Assembly (NCBI GenBank): GCA_964035545.1
Contig: OZ037767.1
Location: 27,668,628 to 27,732,627, forward strand
Length of the DNA: 64,000 nucleotides
Source of the DNA: Bugula neritina
Lineage: Eukaryota; Animalia; Bryozoa
Reading direction: 5' to 3'
Both the position numbers and the translations under genes were made by a program. Below the pieces are notes generated by a model. It saw nothing but the letters and a program-made list of their open reading frames with translations. It was not told where the DNA came from and did not search any database. Each line of letters begins with the position of its first letter. Positions within the stretch are counted from its first letter, which is position 1. This document shows positions 38,401 through 53,000 of the stretch, in pieces.

Positions 38401-41400
38401 TGTAGACATTTATATTGCAACATTGCTATACTCCGCAAAATATTTTTGAAATTTTCCTGTCAAAAAGTAATGGAAGTTCCAAAATTTTATGTAGTATTCA
38501 GTTTTCATTAAACCTGGTGCTTACAACAGCATAATAGTATTTACTGAACAATGACATGTCATTTGAAAGGGTCATTTTGTAAATTTAATTGTTCTGATGA
38601 ATAACGTTTGTATCAGGCTGAGCAGTCTGTGACGTAATGTAATATTATGGTTGTTGACGCATTTTACTGGAGGGAACGTCCTAGTTATTTCAAGTGCAGT
38701 GTTACTGAACGTGTATTTTAAAGTTTTGTGTTGTCTCACTTCGGTGCTTTAGACAGAACATTTTTTTCTGGATTACTTCTTACCCCTCCCCCTACCACTG
38801 TATCCTCAACTAAAAGCTGCAGTGTTTGCTATGATGCTTGCAGGCTACGGGAGGAACTAGTCAAATGAACCTACAGCAAATGCAGCTGCTACAGTTGAAG
38901 AAGCTGCAAGAGCAGTTGCTGGACCAGACCGCCCAGCTCTCTCATGTTCAAGGAGATCAGGTCAAGGCCGGGGTGGACACGGATATTCTAGCGAGTCTTC
39001 AGCAACTGACCAATCAGCTCATTGTTTCAAAGGTCTGTGCTCATTGATCTCTTGGTGCTTTCTGTCCACTATTTTAGAGACTATATTAGGACAGTCATAT
39101 TGGCTAATGCAGTTTTAGTTTATTTGGTCGAGTATTGTAAGCATTAGATATGCCAGTTGCAGGTTTTTATAATATCTAATTGGTGAGTTGCCTGTAAAGT
39201 TTCTAAAGTCTGGTTAACAAAGTTATAGTCCATAAAATAACAGGCTTTTACTTGATTCTATTTCAATTGTGTACAAAGTGGTTCTACGTAAAAATATTTT
39301 CATGCATCATAAGTACATGAGGAAATAAATGGTACGGCAGCTGATGCCTATTGGTCACATGACGCAGAGTACATTACACAAGTAAATACTAGTAACTATG
39401 TCCTTTCTGTAGTCTGAGCAAGAGAAGCCTGTGATAGACAAGAAACTCTTGGACTATGATTATGGAGAGAGTGATGAAGATGAGAAACCAGCTCAACCTG
39501 GCGAGAATGTGTAAGTGATGTGTTACGTTCTACTGGCGGCGTAGTGAAACTCAGTTAAATAGCAATAACAGGTTGTAGCCAGAGTTTAAGTGGTGGTTCC
39601 ATCCCATTGCTGCTGGTTTATTCATTCACATGATCTTTTTAAAAGAAAAGCTAAAATTAACTAGTTGTTCATTCAGTTGTTTTTTAAGGTAAACACACGA
39701 ACAATATAAAACAATAAATAATGTGTTTGTAGCACCGATTTTAAGATGTTCACTTCTGTTGTGTACACAAAAAAGTGATTTTATAATAAATATGTTGAAT
39801 GCATTCACCCAAAAACACTTGATTTTGAATTCAGGTAATTTTTATATGATTTTTTTCAAGCAAACCGTATGCAAAAAATTTTTCTTTGAAGCCCAAGTTG
39901 TGTTTATCTCAAATGTGATAACTATTAGCCTTGTTTTTCTTGAATGCGCAATGCGTTTTGTTGCCATAAACCATTATGCAGCCTGAAACTCTGAAATGTA
40001 TTCCTGGTTCACAGCTTACTATGAATACTTCTCAGGCTATATTACTACCGGCTATGTTACTCATACTAACCATGTTTTATTCACATTTAGCTAAAATATG
40101 TCATTCTCCAAAAATGGAGCATACAGCAGTCTTTTTATTGCTACTTGCTACTGTATTTCAGCCTGTCAAGTAACAAGTTTGACCTCTCTGTGTTTTAGCC
40201 AAGCTTTGCAGGAGGCGATCTTGATAGAGCAACTGAAGCGAATGAACCAAGCGCTTACCAGACAAAAGAGTGAAAAGGCTGCTGCCAAACCGGAACCAGC
40301 ACCAAACCATTTACCTGCACAGGTGTGCTTACTTATTTACCTGCATAAGTCGCTTGCATCCATTAAATGTAATTTATACCGCAACTGTAGAAAGTCATGC
40401 TATTTTGTATGCTCAACGTCTGCGTGTCACTTGTAGGGTATGGCTGGTGGGAATTATCAGCCGACTCCCATATCTCAATTAGGAGCTACTGTCAGCACCT
40501 CAAGGTTATCTCAAGGTGAAGATTATGACCCAATGCCTCCAGCCAGCGCCAGTGTCAGTAATAGTTCAAAGTAAGTGTCCACAGAATCTTCTCCCTGTGA
40601 CTACCACCTGTTCTCCCTCCCTCTCTCTTCCTTTTCTCTCTCTCCCTTTTCTCCTACACTATTTTCTAGTGAGACAGGACATTTTTAATGCATTATTTAA
40701 GGTGATTGTTTCTTTGCTATTGGATTCTTTCATATGACAGCTGTATGATTCAGTGTTGGAGAGCACAACTTCCACACCATGCCTCCTCAGTCACAAGAGT
40801 CACGATCCCCTGGGTATCAGACGGACCGGTCTCGGTCGCCAGGTGAAAAAGGAAGGGACAGGTACAGAGACGGCCGGGACAGAGATTACCGAGACAGAAG
40901 TCGCCGTAGCCGTTCACGAGACAAGGGCAGGAGAGATCGGAGTAGGGAGCGGAGGGATGACAGGCGAGCAAAGGAAGATAAAGAGAGACGGGAGCGGGAA
41001 GATCGCGAACGAGAGGAGAGAGAAAAGGAACGCCAAAGACGAAAGTTGGGTCTTCCCCCTTTTAGACCTGGGCATGTGATTAGTGAGTATTGTTTTATAA
41101 CATGGGGCTGGTATCTGTGATGGTCTGGGGAGGAGTAAAATGTAGTCTTAGTTCTAAGCGTGTACCAGGACATCACAACTTTGTACATGTTCTGATTTAG
41201 TTGAAAACATCATCATTATGCCATATTTACAAGGCATCAGTCTTCCTAGTTTCTTCTGATTTTGTTGAACATGGTATGTGTATGTTTTAGTATGCTCCTG
41301 TACTCTGTGGATTGGTCACTTAGCTAAACATACAACTGAACGAGACCTATCAGAACTCTGTGGGGAGTATGGCAATGTCACTAATATATTTGTAAGTTCT

Positions 41401-43772
41401 CAACTTTGGTAACATTACATTTTTTATGCTAGTTTTAGGGTTATCATCTCCCGTGAGTGTAAAATGTAGAAATATAAGACAAAAAGCTTTTTAAACTTTG
41501 TCCTAGTGGGAGGATGTCATTTCTTGGTAGCACTTTAAATATTGTGCAAAATATGCCCCTTATTCAAACGTGTTTATATTCTTATGCATTTACTACAGTT
41601 TTTAAAACTTATTTATCTTTGCTACTTTATTGCTTTAATAGAGTCAACATTTTATTAGAGTTATCTCACCTATCACTTGAATATTGTATATTTGCTAGAG
41701 TATTTGTAACCGGTTGGGATATATTGAATTTAGCTATGTTACAAACTCATTTATGCTCTGTTCTTATTGTAGCCTTGTGTAATTTGCTAGTGATTTTATC
41801 AACAATATTTCTGCACAAATACATTAACCATTAAATATATTTGGTGCAGCTGATACGGCCCAGAGGGTGTGCATACGTTACCTTAGAAAAACGAGTTGAC
41901 GCCCACATAGCCTGTGACCAACTTCAGTCTGTGAAGCTGTTGGGGAATAGATTGAAGGTATCATATTACTCTTACTATACTGTTCTATAAGTTTACTTGG
42001 ATTTTGAGGAATCTTAGGCTATTCTGATGATGTGTTCAACTTTTACCAGGTAGCCTGGGCACCGCCCAAGTCTATCAATGAAGACAAAAAGTTGAAAGAT
42101 TTTTGGGAGGTGAAGGATGGGGCCGCGTTCATACCATGGGGACAGATGCCACCCGACCTCACCCCTCTCACTGCTGGAGGGGAGGCTATACTGGATGAAA
42201 GCTCAGTTCCTGGTGCTTTAACTGTTAAACCAAAGCCAATGCCCCAAGAAGAGGTGAAAATGGATCTTCCTGAATTAGGTTAGTTATTTTATGTGAGGTT
42301 AAGAAGACAACTTCTTACATTTCATTTTGTTCTAATCTCATTCACTGTTCTTTCCCACTGCTTCAACAGTCTGTTGAGTGGCGTTTTCATTTCCACTTGT
42401 AAATGCACTTTTTTTTTCTATAAGATTTCAGTGCACATGGAAGCCATTTTATTGGAATTTATTTCAGCGATGGATTTGCCACAACTTCCTGGTTTTGGTG
42501 GCATGATGAATAATTCAGTGCCCCCTCAGGCTGCCCTTGCGGGTGGTGCTCTGCCCCCGCTCCAACCTGGCCAAGTGAACCCGGTGGTTACTGCTCAGTC
42601 TCCCCAGCTGCCCCCTGGTGTCCATCTCCCCGCAGGTCTAACTGCCGCAGGCCTGACTGCCGCTGGTATGCCAGGCATGCAGATGGTGGTGCCAGGGCAA
42701 CCTGCAGCATCTGTACAAGGTGAAGGTCATCTACTCCTTATTCTCACGTATCTCAACTTGTTGGACATCATAAATTAAGTGGAATTATCTTTTATAGTCG
42801 ATATAGTTTATCCGCTGGTTCATTTTAGACTGTGCTAACCTACCGTTCATATGCTATATTAGTTTTACATAGATGAGTAATGCCTGACTAGCAGGCAAGT
42901 AGAAGTGTTAGATATTAGCAGAAGTTCTGTTGAAATGTGTCTTGCTATGTACTAACCAGTCACTGTGACAACTTTACTGTCTCCTAGCAACAAGCTAATA
43001 CATGTGCTTTGTGTTGAAGCAGGTTTGGTCCCAATGCAGATGGCCGACGGTCAGGTGAGGCTGGTTAGACCACCTGGCATGCTGCCCACTCTTCCCCCGG
43101 GTCTCAATCCACCTCAGCAACTGCCCGCTGGTATGGCACCCCCTGGAATGGCCCCTGCAGGGCATGGCCTTGTGCAACTACCCCCTGGACTGGTTCCCCT
43201 CAGGCCAATTATGCCGGTATGTGATGTCAGGCGTTAGATAACAGTTTTAGTTTCCTGTGTGTTTCAATTTTGGGAGAGAGTAAGTTTTGAATTTAGAGCA
43301 ATTCAGTTCAATCACTGTGTAATTTTGTTTTATAACTTGAGATTCATTCTCTGTTGTAAAGTATGTTACTGAGGAAAACTTTAACATCTGAGTTGGTATT
43401 ACATGATACTGGAGGCATAATATATGCAGCATTTTCCATCTCCTCTCTCCATCTATATTTTATAAAGTAAGGCTGTTTTATGTATTCAGCAAGTGTCATT
43501 GGCCGGTGGTCAAGCTCCTGGCGGTAGCCAATTGGAACAGGCGTTACATGATTTGATGAACAACAAAGCACAGATACAAGCTCTCGCTGGACAGCATGCT
43601 CAGGCACTTCCTGTCGGCCTCACTCGACTCCAGTCTGCTCCTCAGATGGCACCCATGATGATTCCTACATCAATACATCAGAACCAGGTGATCACCTTGT
43701 TTCTACTACTACTAGTACTACTACTACTACTACTACTACTACTACGACTACTAGTACTACTACTACTACTAG

Positions 43773-43807
<35 letters not shown>

Positions 43808-43831
43808 TTACTACTAGTACTACTACCACTG

Positions 43832-43900
<69 letters not shown>

Positions 43901-43970
43901 GTACTACTGCTGCTGCTGCTATTACTACTACTGCTGCTACTACTACTAGTACTGCTACTGCTACTACTAT

Positions 43971-44001
<31 letters not shown>

Positions 44002-47000
44002 GCTACTACTATTACTGCTACTACTAGTACTACTACTACTCTACCACTACTGCTACTACCACTACTACCACTACTACTGTACTATTGCTGATACTGCTGC
44101 TAATTCATGGTATTGTGCTCATCTTGTAATGATGGTGTGTTTCTAGTATACCCATTAGATAGTTGATTTTGTTGTTGTTGATTCTAGGATGTAGTCCATA
44201 TTATTTGCTTTTTAATGTAAATAAACTGAACAAAATTTATTTTTGAAAAGGACAGCTGCTGCATTTCTTTTGGTTAGCCATGGAGTTTTTCTAGTTATTT
44301 ATTTCACTGCATATTCACGTAGCTACACATGTATTTCCACTGCATATTCACATAGCTACACATGTATTTCCACTGCATATTCACGTAGCTACACATGTAT
44401 TTCCACTGCATATTCACATAGCTACACATGTATTTCCACTGCATATTCACATAGCTACACATGTACTCTATTCTCACTACAGGCTGCATTTTTGCAGGCA
44501 AGCATTGCTCAGACTGGGCAACTTCCTATGCCACAAGTGAACTCGGCTCCCACCATCGGCATGGCCGGTGCTGTTCAGCCCAACATGGCAATTCCTCCAC
44601 CTGGTTTATCAGTACCTGCGGGTGCTGCTGGACCTATGGGTGGTGCTGGACCTATGGGTGCTGCTGGACCTATGGGTGCTGCTGGACCTATGGGTGCTGC
44701 TGGACCTATGGGTGCTGCTGGACCTATGGGTGCTGCAGAGGTTAGTGTTACACTGGAAAATACTATTCTATACCATTATACACGTTTTCATTCTTTCATT
44801 GTGCTGCTAACCTTACCTCACCTGCATTTTCTTTTCAATATTCTATTTAAAAAAAATAACACTTCTGCAGTCTTTGTCAACAATACTGGGAGTTGTTCTC
44901 TCGGCCTATTTAGGAAGTATACATTATAATTTTGGCAGTACTTGTAGTGGTGTGCAAAACTTTATTTTCTGTAGATAATGTACATTTTCAATTTTCCTTT
45001 TACATTGAAATGTCTTGTAAAGCTATTAGCTGTCCACTTTGCATTCCATTCACCTGCTGAAGGTCAACCTGCTTTTTTTTAGCTATAGTCTGGCAGAAAA
45101 ATGCCAATTTTTGACTTAGGTTCGCAATCCCGGATAAAGTTTTTTTCTCTCCTGATTATTCAAATATAGGGTCTAGGTAAATATTTCCAGGTGGGTGTGG
45201 ACTTCTTACCCTTGAGCATTTCGAGAAATTCAAGATGGCCGCCAGGCACCAAACGATTTTTTTTTAATTCAAATGTACCTACCCATTGGGGCTAAATTTA
45301 AGGTTCCAATGTTTTGAAACCTTAAGAAAATAATATAATAAAGATGCATGTGTCTTTATCATATGCATTATTGAGTAATAGGCAAATGATACCCAAGGGT
45401 AACTAAGCTAAGCCTTAATCATTCATTTTTTCAAGTTTAACCTAATCTTGTCGTGTTTATAATTTCCTTTCATCTCTGCATCAGTTTGTTCTAACTCCAT
45501 GAAAATTTACTATATGGTGTGATTGTATATGCTGAGTACAAATATGTCTACCAAATAAAGCTGAAAGGGGTTCTGAAAACTTAAAATGCAACTTAATTGC
45601 CATATGAGCTAAATAGCAATTTATTTCCAACTGGCAAGCCTATCGAAAAGGTTTGTTGAGCTGCCAACTTAATAGTTATTTTCAGTTTTAAAACTTTAGC
45701 TATGTTTTTTAAAGTTATAAAAAGGGGTCAACAACCTTAATAACACAGCACCATGGCTTCTTAACATAATTTAATTGCTTTATTATTGACACATCATTTA
45801 TCTAAATATTGACATTTTTGCTTTCGAAAACTATTTCTACAATCAGCCCATTTGACTTTTTCTCTAAAAGCATTTGTAAACAGTTTTTATGAATGAAAAT
45901 GTATTTTATGCTGAGGGAAGTAATACGTCTTTTAGAACAGTGGCTCCCTACCTTTTTCATACCAATCCCCTTTCGTTACCATTTACTATTAATTTCTCCC
46001 CTTTTAATGACCTATGTTGGGTGCACTGGAACACTAATAGCTGAAAGTGGTTTGGTAGAAGTAGTTAATTCTGCTTTTGATGGTTTCTCCAAAATGCTAA
46101 ATAAAAAAAGTTTCTCCAGAATGTACAAGGTCTGAGAATATTGGTGGGAGAACTGTTAAAGCTAGTCTTGATGAAAGTGTAATCACTAGCATGAAGGACC
46201 TTGAAAAGATGTTGATTAAGATTGCAGAGAGCTCAAGAACAGCAAAACTGTGGGCCATGTGCTTTATTGGACCAATTTTTACCATCAACACCCGCATCAT
46301 ATCTGTTAGAGAATGAGACTGGGCTTTACACCTAGCAATGGAAGAGGAAATGCACTATCTGCATAGCGTGGAAGTCATTCCACAAGATGTAAGGATTGAA
46401 TTCGCGGCTGGTAACCACACAATGCATCATAAACGCGGCCAGCTCAACGGCATCTGATCGGACATGACCATTGAGGTGACCTTCGTGAGATTTAGTCACA
46501 GCAAGGGGGAATCATTGGCATCACCACTAAACCTAAAACTCCCAAGGTGTGGGTGTACAGCACTTCCGCATGCAACAAGATACAGTAAGGCCTCATTGAC
46601 ATCAGGGATGAGTCTGAAATAAATGCTTTCACTACTCATAAGGATGAGATGCAATCAAGAATCCAGTCTGATTCAAAGGACAGGGAGTCTGTCAAACGGA
46701 AGATTGAACTCTGCAGTGACCCACTAAAAGAATGATGCCACCCTGTTGCTTTTGTCAATATTGAACCAGATAAGTGCAACTGAGATGAGGATGCTTTGAA
46801 AAATTTACGATATGAATTGGGAAGACCATGTAACAAATGATAATATAAATTAGGAGGCTAAAATAGAAGCTATCGCAATAGACATGAGAAGGAGACCTCT
46901 TCAATAGTATGAACATGTGCGCAGAAGAGATATGGAGGAAGATATTATAATGGTGGCTGAGATGAAGATACAGAGAAAGAGAAAGGGAGAGGGGGGAGGG

Positions 47001-50000
47001 GGCAAAAAAAGGTTAATGGATACAGTGAAGGATGGCATACTGAAATGTGGTTTCTCAGATGAAGATGTTGACAATAGAATCAGATGACACTCTCTGATAA
47101 CACTTGGTGCCCTGCAAAACCATTACTCATCCTGGACCACGGCGTACTGGGTGAGAAAGTCTGAGACAAAGCCCTATAATGAACAATTTGCTGCCTTCCC
47201 ATGGTCTCTCAGAGGCAACAATGTAAAATATTGGAAAGGGAGTCATACTAAATGTCTTGGTAGAAGGAAAATGTGATTTGGTGACACTAGTGCTTTTTTC
47301 AGAATTACTATTCATACAAGCTACCAAGTTTATGCTATGTTGCTACAATTATGCAAAGTGCTCCTCCATGACATCTACAAGACAAAAGGCTTGAGAAACC
47401 AAGGTCAGCAATGCTATTTGCCTTTGCCTCCTACAGATGAAACTATTGGACAATGTCACCAGAGCACACCTCCAGGTAGCCATATGAAACTGCGGCATTA
47501 AACCCACTAGAACATTGGTAGGTGGTAGGGAATCTAATAGAATCACTTTTCCCAAAAGGATTATGAAATGATGTTGTGCTTACACCAGACAGTATTATGA
47601 AGTGGATCATGTTAGTTAATTTGGTGTACACTTGACGGCTCTAGCTTTTGGCGATTTTTTACAATTTAGCTGCTACTGTATATACATTTTTGCCTCAAAC
47701 TATCAGAATTTTAACAAATAAAACTGAAGAATTAAGACTTTTCCAATTATGCATGATTTTCTATGTCTATTCCTAATTTATTATTACATTGAGATATTAT
47801 ATAGGCCGTGATGATTCACAAATATATATTTAGCTCGTATGACAATGACGTCCCGCTTAAATGTTGCAGGACCTCTTCCCAGTCATTTTTGTTATGCATC
47901 GATAGAATCAACAAATTCTATTACCCCATATAGTAAGTTTCATAAATTTTGAGCAAACTTTAAAATGTTTGATCATAATCTGCTGATGCATGTACTAAAT
48001 TAAGTAAAATGGCCCAAATTCATTAAATGCTCCTGTGGAAACCAACAATCATGCAAAACAACAAGATATGGCTATTCTAGTACATCTATCCCATGCACAG
48101 AGTTCTGCCTTTGTGAAGCAGTAACAGCAGTGTGCTGCAATGAATTAACATTTCTAACAAATGCTAATGATAGAAAAAAATGAAAAAGGTGTTTAATATG
48201 AACATGAAGGAAAGTTTGTCGCATTTGTACGATTATATATACGTTTAATTTTAACTTTAGCTGAGCAATATGTTGCATCTGTATCTTTTTTTAACTTTCT
48301 ATTCACTGGCAATAAGCAATGTTTTTCTTTATATATCTGCCCAGTATCCAAACAGTCATTCAAAAACCTTGTATCATTTCTTTGCACCATATGTGATGTT
48401 TTATTAAAGCAATTCTGATTTTTGAGCTGAAAAACATGTCTCTTAGCTCTTTACTTTGATTCCTTTTTACTGGCATTGCACATATTCATTCTAAAAATGC
48501 ACATCTACTTTAATCATCAAAAAAATTTTGTTTCTGCAACATAATATAGACTTTGTGCCAACTAGATTACGATTTTTTCATAATTGGCGGCCATCTTGGA
48601 TTTCTCGAAATGCTCAAGGGTGGCAGGTCCACACCCACCTGGAAACATCTACCTGGACCCTCAAGATAAATAATCAAAAGAGAAAAAAACTTTATCCGAG
48701 ATTGCGAACCTAACCCCCAGTTCTGCCAGACTACTACTGCTATTTGCTGATTGAATAATTACTTTTTCTGGGTGCAAATTTCAAGTAATTTGGCTGTATC
48801 TAACTCTCATACACTCTATGCATACACTTTACTGTTACTTGCTCTTGTTATCTGTTCGGTTTGCATCTAATGATCAACATTTGTCCAGCTGACTCCTATC
48901 ATGTTACAGCCTTACACATTTGCATGCAATTATTCTGATGTTCAGTCCAACTCTAGTGCTTCTAGTATTGTCTGCTGTAGTGATGCTTGAAATTTTATAA
49001 ATTTGTTTCTGGAGAAGTTGAATGCTGTTGGTGTAGTCATGTATGTCAAGAACTTGTGCCCTGATGTAGGAAAGTTTTATGTTACTCTTACACTGTAGAA
49101 TAGCACAGCAGGTGTACTATAGCTTTCTAGGCTTATAGTGTTACGAAGTGTTCCTTAGCTGCCGGGCATGTTTTTTTCATTTACTTGTCAGCGTTTCCGG
49201 GAACAAAAATTTTGTATAAAGTGACTGCTCACCAACTCATGTACGGTGCAATATGCTTGTGTGTTTCAATATTATAGACAGAAGTTGTCCCACCAACATA
49301 GATTAAATTATTGGATAATTTCCTCAACTACAGTCCTCAAGTTTATGTCATTTTTAGCTTTAAAATTAGATAGATTGAGTATTGTTGGAGTTTCCAGAAC
49401 TACAAAAAGTTATGATGCAGAGTTATCAGTACTTGAGAATTAGGGTCCTGCCATATGGAGCAGATTTCCACATGGACCGTTAGCTAGAATTCAGCACAGA
49501 CAGAAAAATAAGGCCATTTTGTGTGAATTTCGTGCGTTAAACATGCTCAACGAATACTCCAAAAAAATTTGTGACTCAATTGGCTGAGGACTATATATGA
49601 ATCCAGTTTAGATTTACCCTTTTAGTTTCGTTCGTACTCTTTAATCAGACATGTAATATAAAGAACGTGAATGAGATTTCAATATTAGTGAAATCAGTGA
49701 AGCCATGGGCATTTGGGACACTTGATTATAATATAACTTCTGCTGTCAAAATATTGTGTGGAGCAGGTAACTCTCACAGCAGGTTTTCACCCGTAACTTC
49801 TTTCCTCGGAGAAATTCCGCTCCATGCAGCAGAACCCTAACCTTTCATGCAGCATGTATTCGAAAGAGCACCACATGTTAATTCTTGCTCAATGTGAACA
49901 CATATATGTGTTTTATGAAATATACATATAAATGTATAGCATGTATGTGCACGTGTGACAGTGTAAATGTATTGTCGATGCAGAGGTGTATATATTTTGT

Positions 50001-53000
50001 AACTTCCACTACTCCCACAAAGCGCATTGTATAATGCATGTGCTCCTCTCTTTACCAGCCTCAAGGTTCAAATCGTCCAGAAGACAACAATGTGGATAGA
50101 GCCCGGCACGGTAGTCCACCTCGCCCCTCCAGAAACTTTGAGGGAAATATCCAGATCTCTCAAAACAGGTAATGAGGAGTGGTTCACACTGGCTCTTTTG
50201 TCATCGTAATGTAATACCATCACGTATATGTGGTGTGGTAGTTTATTGGCGTGGGTTGTAACATATATGCTGTTGCGGCACGATATTTTAATGTTTGTAT
50301 AGTATTACTTCTTGTATGTATCCCTCTGCTCTGATAGGTTGGCCCGAACTACATTACGTGCATCACGGGATGTACAGTACATTTCGTGATGTAGTATACT
50401 GTGACAAGCAGTACATTACGTGGTGTATACTACTGTACATGGCGTATAAATTTCATGTGAAGTATTAGTGACGATAAAAATATTGCAGAGCGTATACCGC
50501 ATACAGCACTACTTTCTAGTTGCACATGGTTGAAATGATCCAAAGATATGTCATGATATACAGAATACTCAGTCTATAACTGTCTAACTATCTTAGTCTA
50601 ACACGGTTGATCAATTCCAACAACTACAGCTGTGGTTGTCATGTGGTGTTGCTGTAACAGTCTGTGCTTGTTGATTTGATAATAAATTAATTGATTTAAC
50701 TGTTGGTAAAGGAATAATTATGTCAACATATTTTTTTTAAATAGTTTCTCTTGTTTATATGTAAAATACTTTGTGAATTGTTGCCCCAGCGTATCTGTCT
50801 CCCCAGCATATCTACTGTCTCTCAGTGTGTTTGCTCAGTGATTTTCTAAATGTGGTGGATTACTCATTGAATTTTGGAATTCTGGAATATTACTAGAGGA
50901 CACTTTGTGATTGATATTAAATAATAGGATGCTATAGAATATGTGGTAAATGGACATAGTAATATTATTTCTCTATCTACTCTTTTGACTATGCTTGGAG
51001 AAATGTTGGTGCTGGCAAGTCGGCTACAATTTCAAAACTTGTTTAATTGGAGAAACTTGTCCACAATAGATAGACATTGTCTTCTTTTTTCAGGAGTGCC
51101 AATTTTTACAAACAACTTCAAGTAATCTTTTAATTAATACACACATAGTAGATTTTCAGGAGAATGATAATGTGTAATTTGGCTACCTTATGCATAATGA
51201 CTTCGAAGTTATTGAAAAAGACACTGAATATTGCACCATGGGAATCTCAACACAAATCACTACAAGTTCAAGTTGTGCCGTTTGTGTTGCATATTTTATG
51301 AACTATCTGTTAGTTTTTCTCAGTAAAACATTTTACTGGAAGACATTTTAAAATGCTGTGTGAACTTAAGGAGGATAAATGTCTCCACAGAACTGTTCGG
51401 AGTACTGTTGGGGAGTTGGCTACTTTTCACCAACATCCTTTATGCTTTATCATTGCAAATGTATTGTGTAGTGCTACTGTACAGTATGGTGAAATTTGTG
51501 CTCAACATGCTGTGTTAATTTGGTAACACGTCTGTGTATTGTAAGTCATAGAAACTTCTGTGTCATCTACTTTAGTTAAAGTTTTCTGCAGCAAAAAACG
51601 TCTTGCAAGTTTTTAGTTTACAAGCTCCTTGGCAACCCTCAGGTGGTATTTTTGGGACACCTTGAAAGTCAGCAAATATTTTGTATGCTTTTGATGCCCA
51701 GTTATGTTTAAAATTAAAAACAATAATTCTTGAAAATGCTGTTGCTTTTTGAGAATAAATAACATAATTATGAGCATTAGTGAAAGCTGCTGATATGGTA
51801 GGAACCTGCGAGACACCATGCTAGAAGAATTCTTTGTTATGCACTTCATCATCACTCTCTGAATATAAAATAAACATTATAAAAACTCTTCATCAACTCT
51901 TTGTCTTGTCTTGTGTATTGATTTAGATCAGGTATGAACACATAGCATCCATCCTATATATACTTACCATATTATATCACAGAACAAGTTTTAGACCTTC
52001 AGCTACATCAAAGTTTCATGATAAAAAAACATGTGGCAGTATTGTGTTTTTAGATGGCAAGTTTTTTTTCTATTAGTTGCATTGGTCTGTGGTGCCAACT
52101 TGAATTTAATGTAACATTATTAATATAGTACTGTCTACATCTATCACAATAATTTTTTTAGTTCCTCTTTCCAGCATATGCCATAGCTCTTTCTTTGGCC
52201 ACTACTACAGGTGAGCATTTTTGCATTTTATATTGACATATATTGATATGATTGTTTATAGACCCAACTCAGATGATGAGAAGCACCGCGGCCAAAGGGG
52301 TTCTCTGGCTGATATGAGAGGCCCACCACCTGATATGACTGGTCTTCCACCCAACATGAGATGTCCCCCACCGGATATGAGAGGGCCCCCGCCTGATATG
52401 AGAGGACCTCCGCTAGATATCAGAGGACCCCCTCCAGACATGAGGAATATGCATGGTATGAGAGGACAGGGTCCTGGCATGTGGCGAGGAGATAGACCTC
52501 CATTTAATCCCCGTGGTCCACCACCTCATGGCTGGAGTCCCAACACACCACCTCGTTAGTTTCAAAATTATTAGTGCTTCAGCTCATTAGTTGTCCTTTG
52601 TATGATTTTGTCCACATAAATCTTTTATATAGCAAAAGATGCACACTACATTTTGCTTACAGTATTTATTATGTTGACAAATATTAAATGATGTGCACTT
52701 TGAAGAAAATTCAACTCGCCTAAAAGCTCTTTGCCAAGTTCATTTGATTTTTACTTTTGATCCCAAGTTTTTTCCAGTTTTATCAGCGATTTCAAATCAA
52801 TTTACAAAAGTCTTATGAAGTTGATTTTAATTCAAAGTAAAATCAGCTAATTTTGTTTGCTCATTTGATTGTAGGCCCAGGTTTTAGCCCGAGGGGACAG
52901 GGCCCAAAACAAAGATTTCCATTTGATATGAATCGAGAGGATAATCGTAGTGGTAGGGATGAGGATTTTAGACGTCGTGATAATTACAATAGAGATCGGG

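Noticed and set aside
43493-44146. ORF with a very long poly-Leu run resembling a membrane protein
   Set aside because: It is read-through from a SCAF exon into an intronic (CTA)n microsatellite beyond the donor at 43688.
44461-44810. CCWTYG- and LLDLWV-repeat ORFs
   Set aside because: They are alternative frames of the (GAAGPM)n coding repeat.
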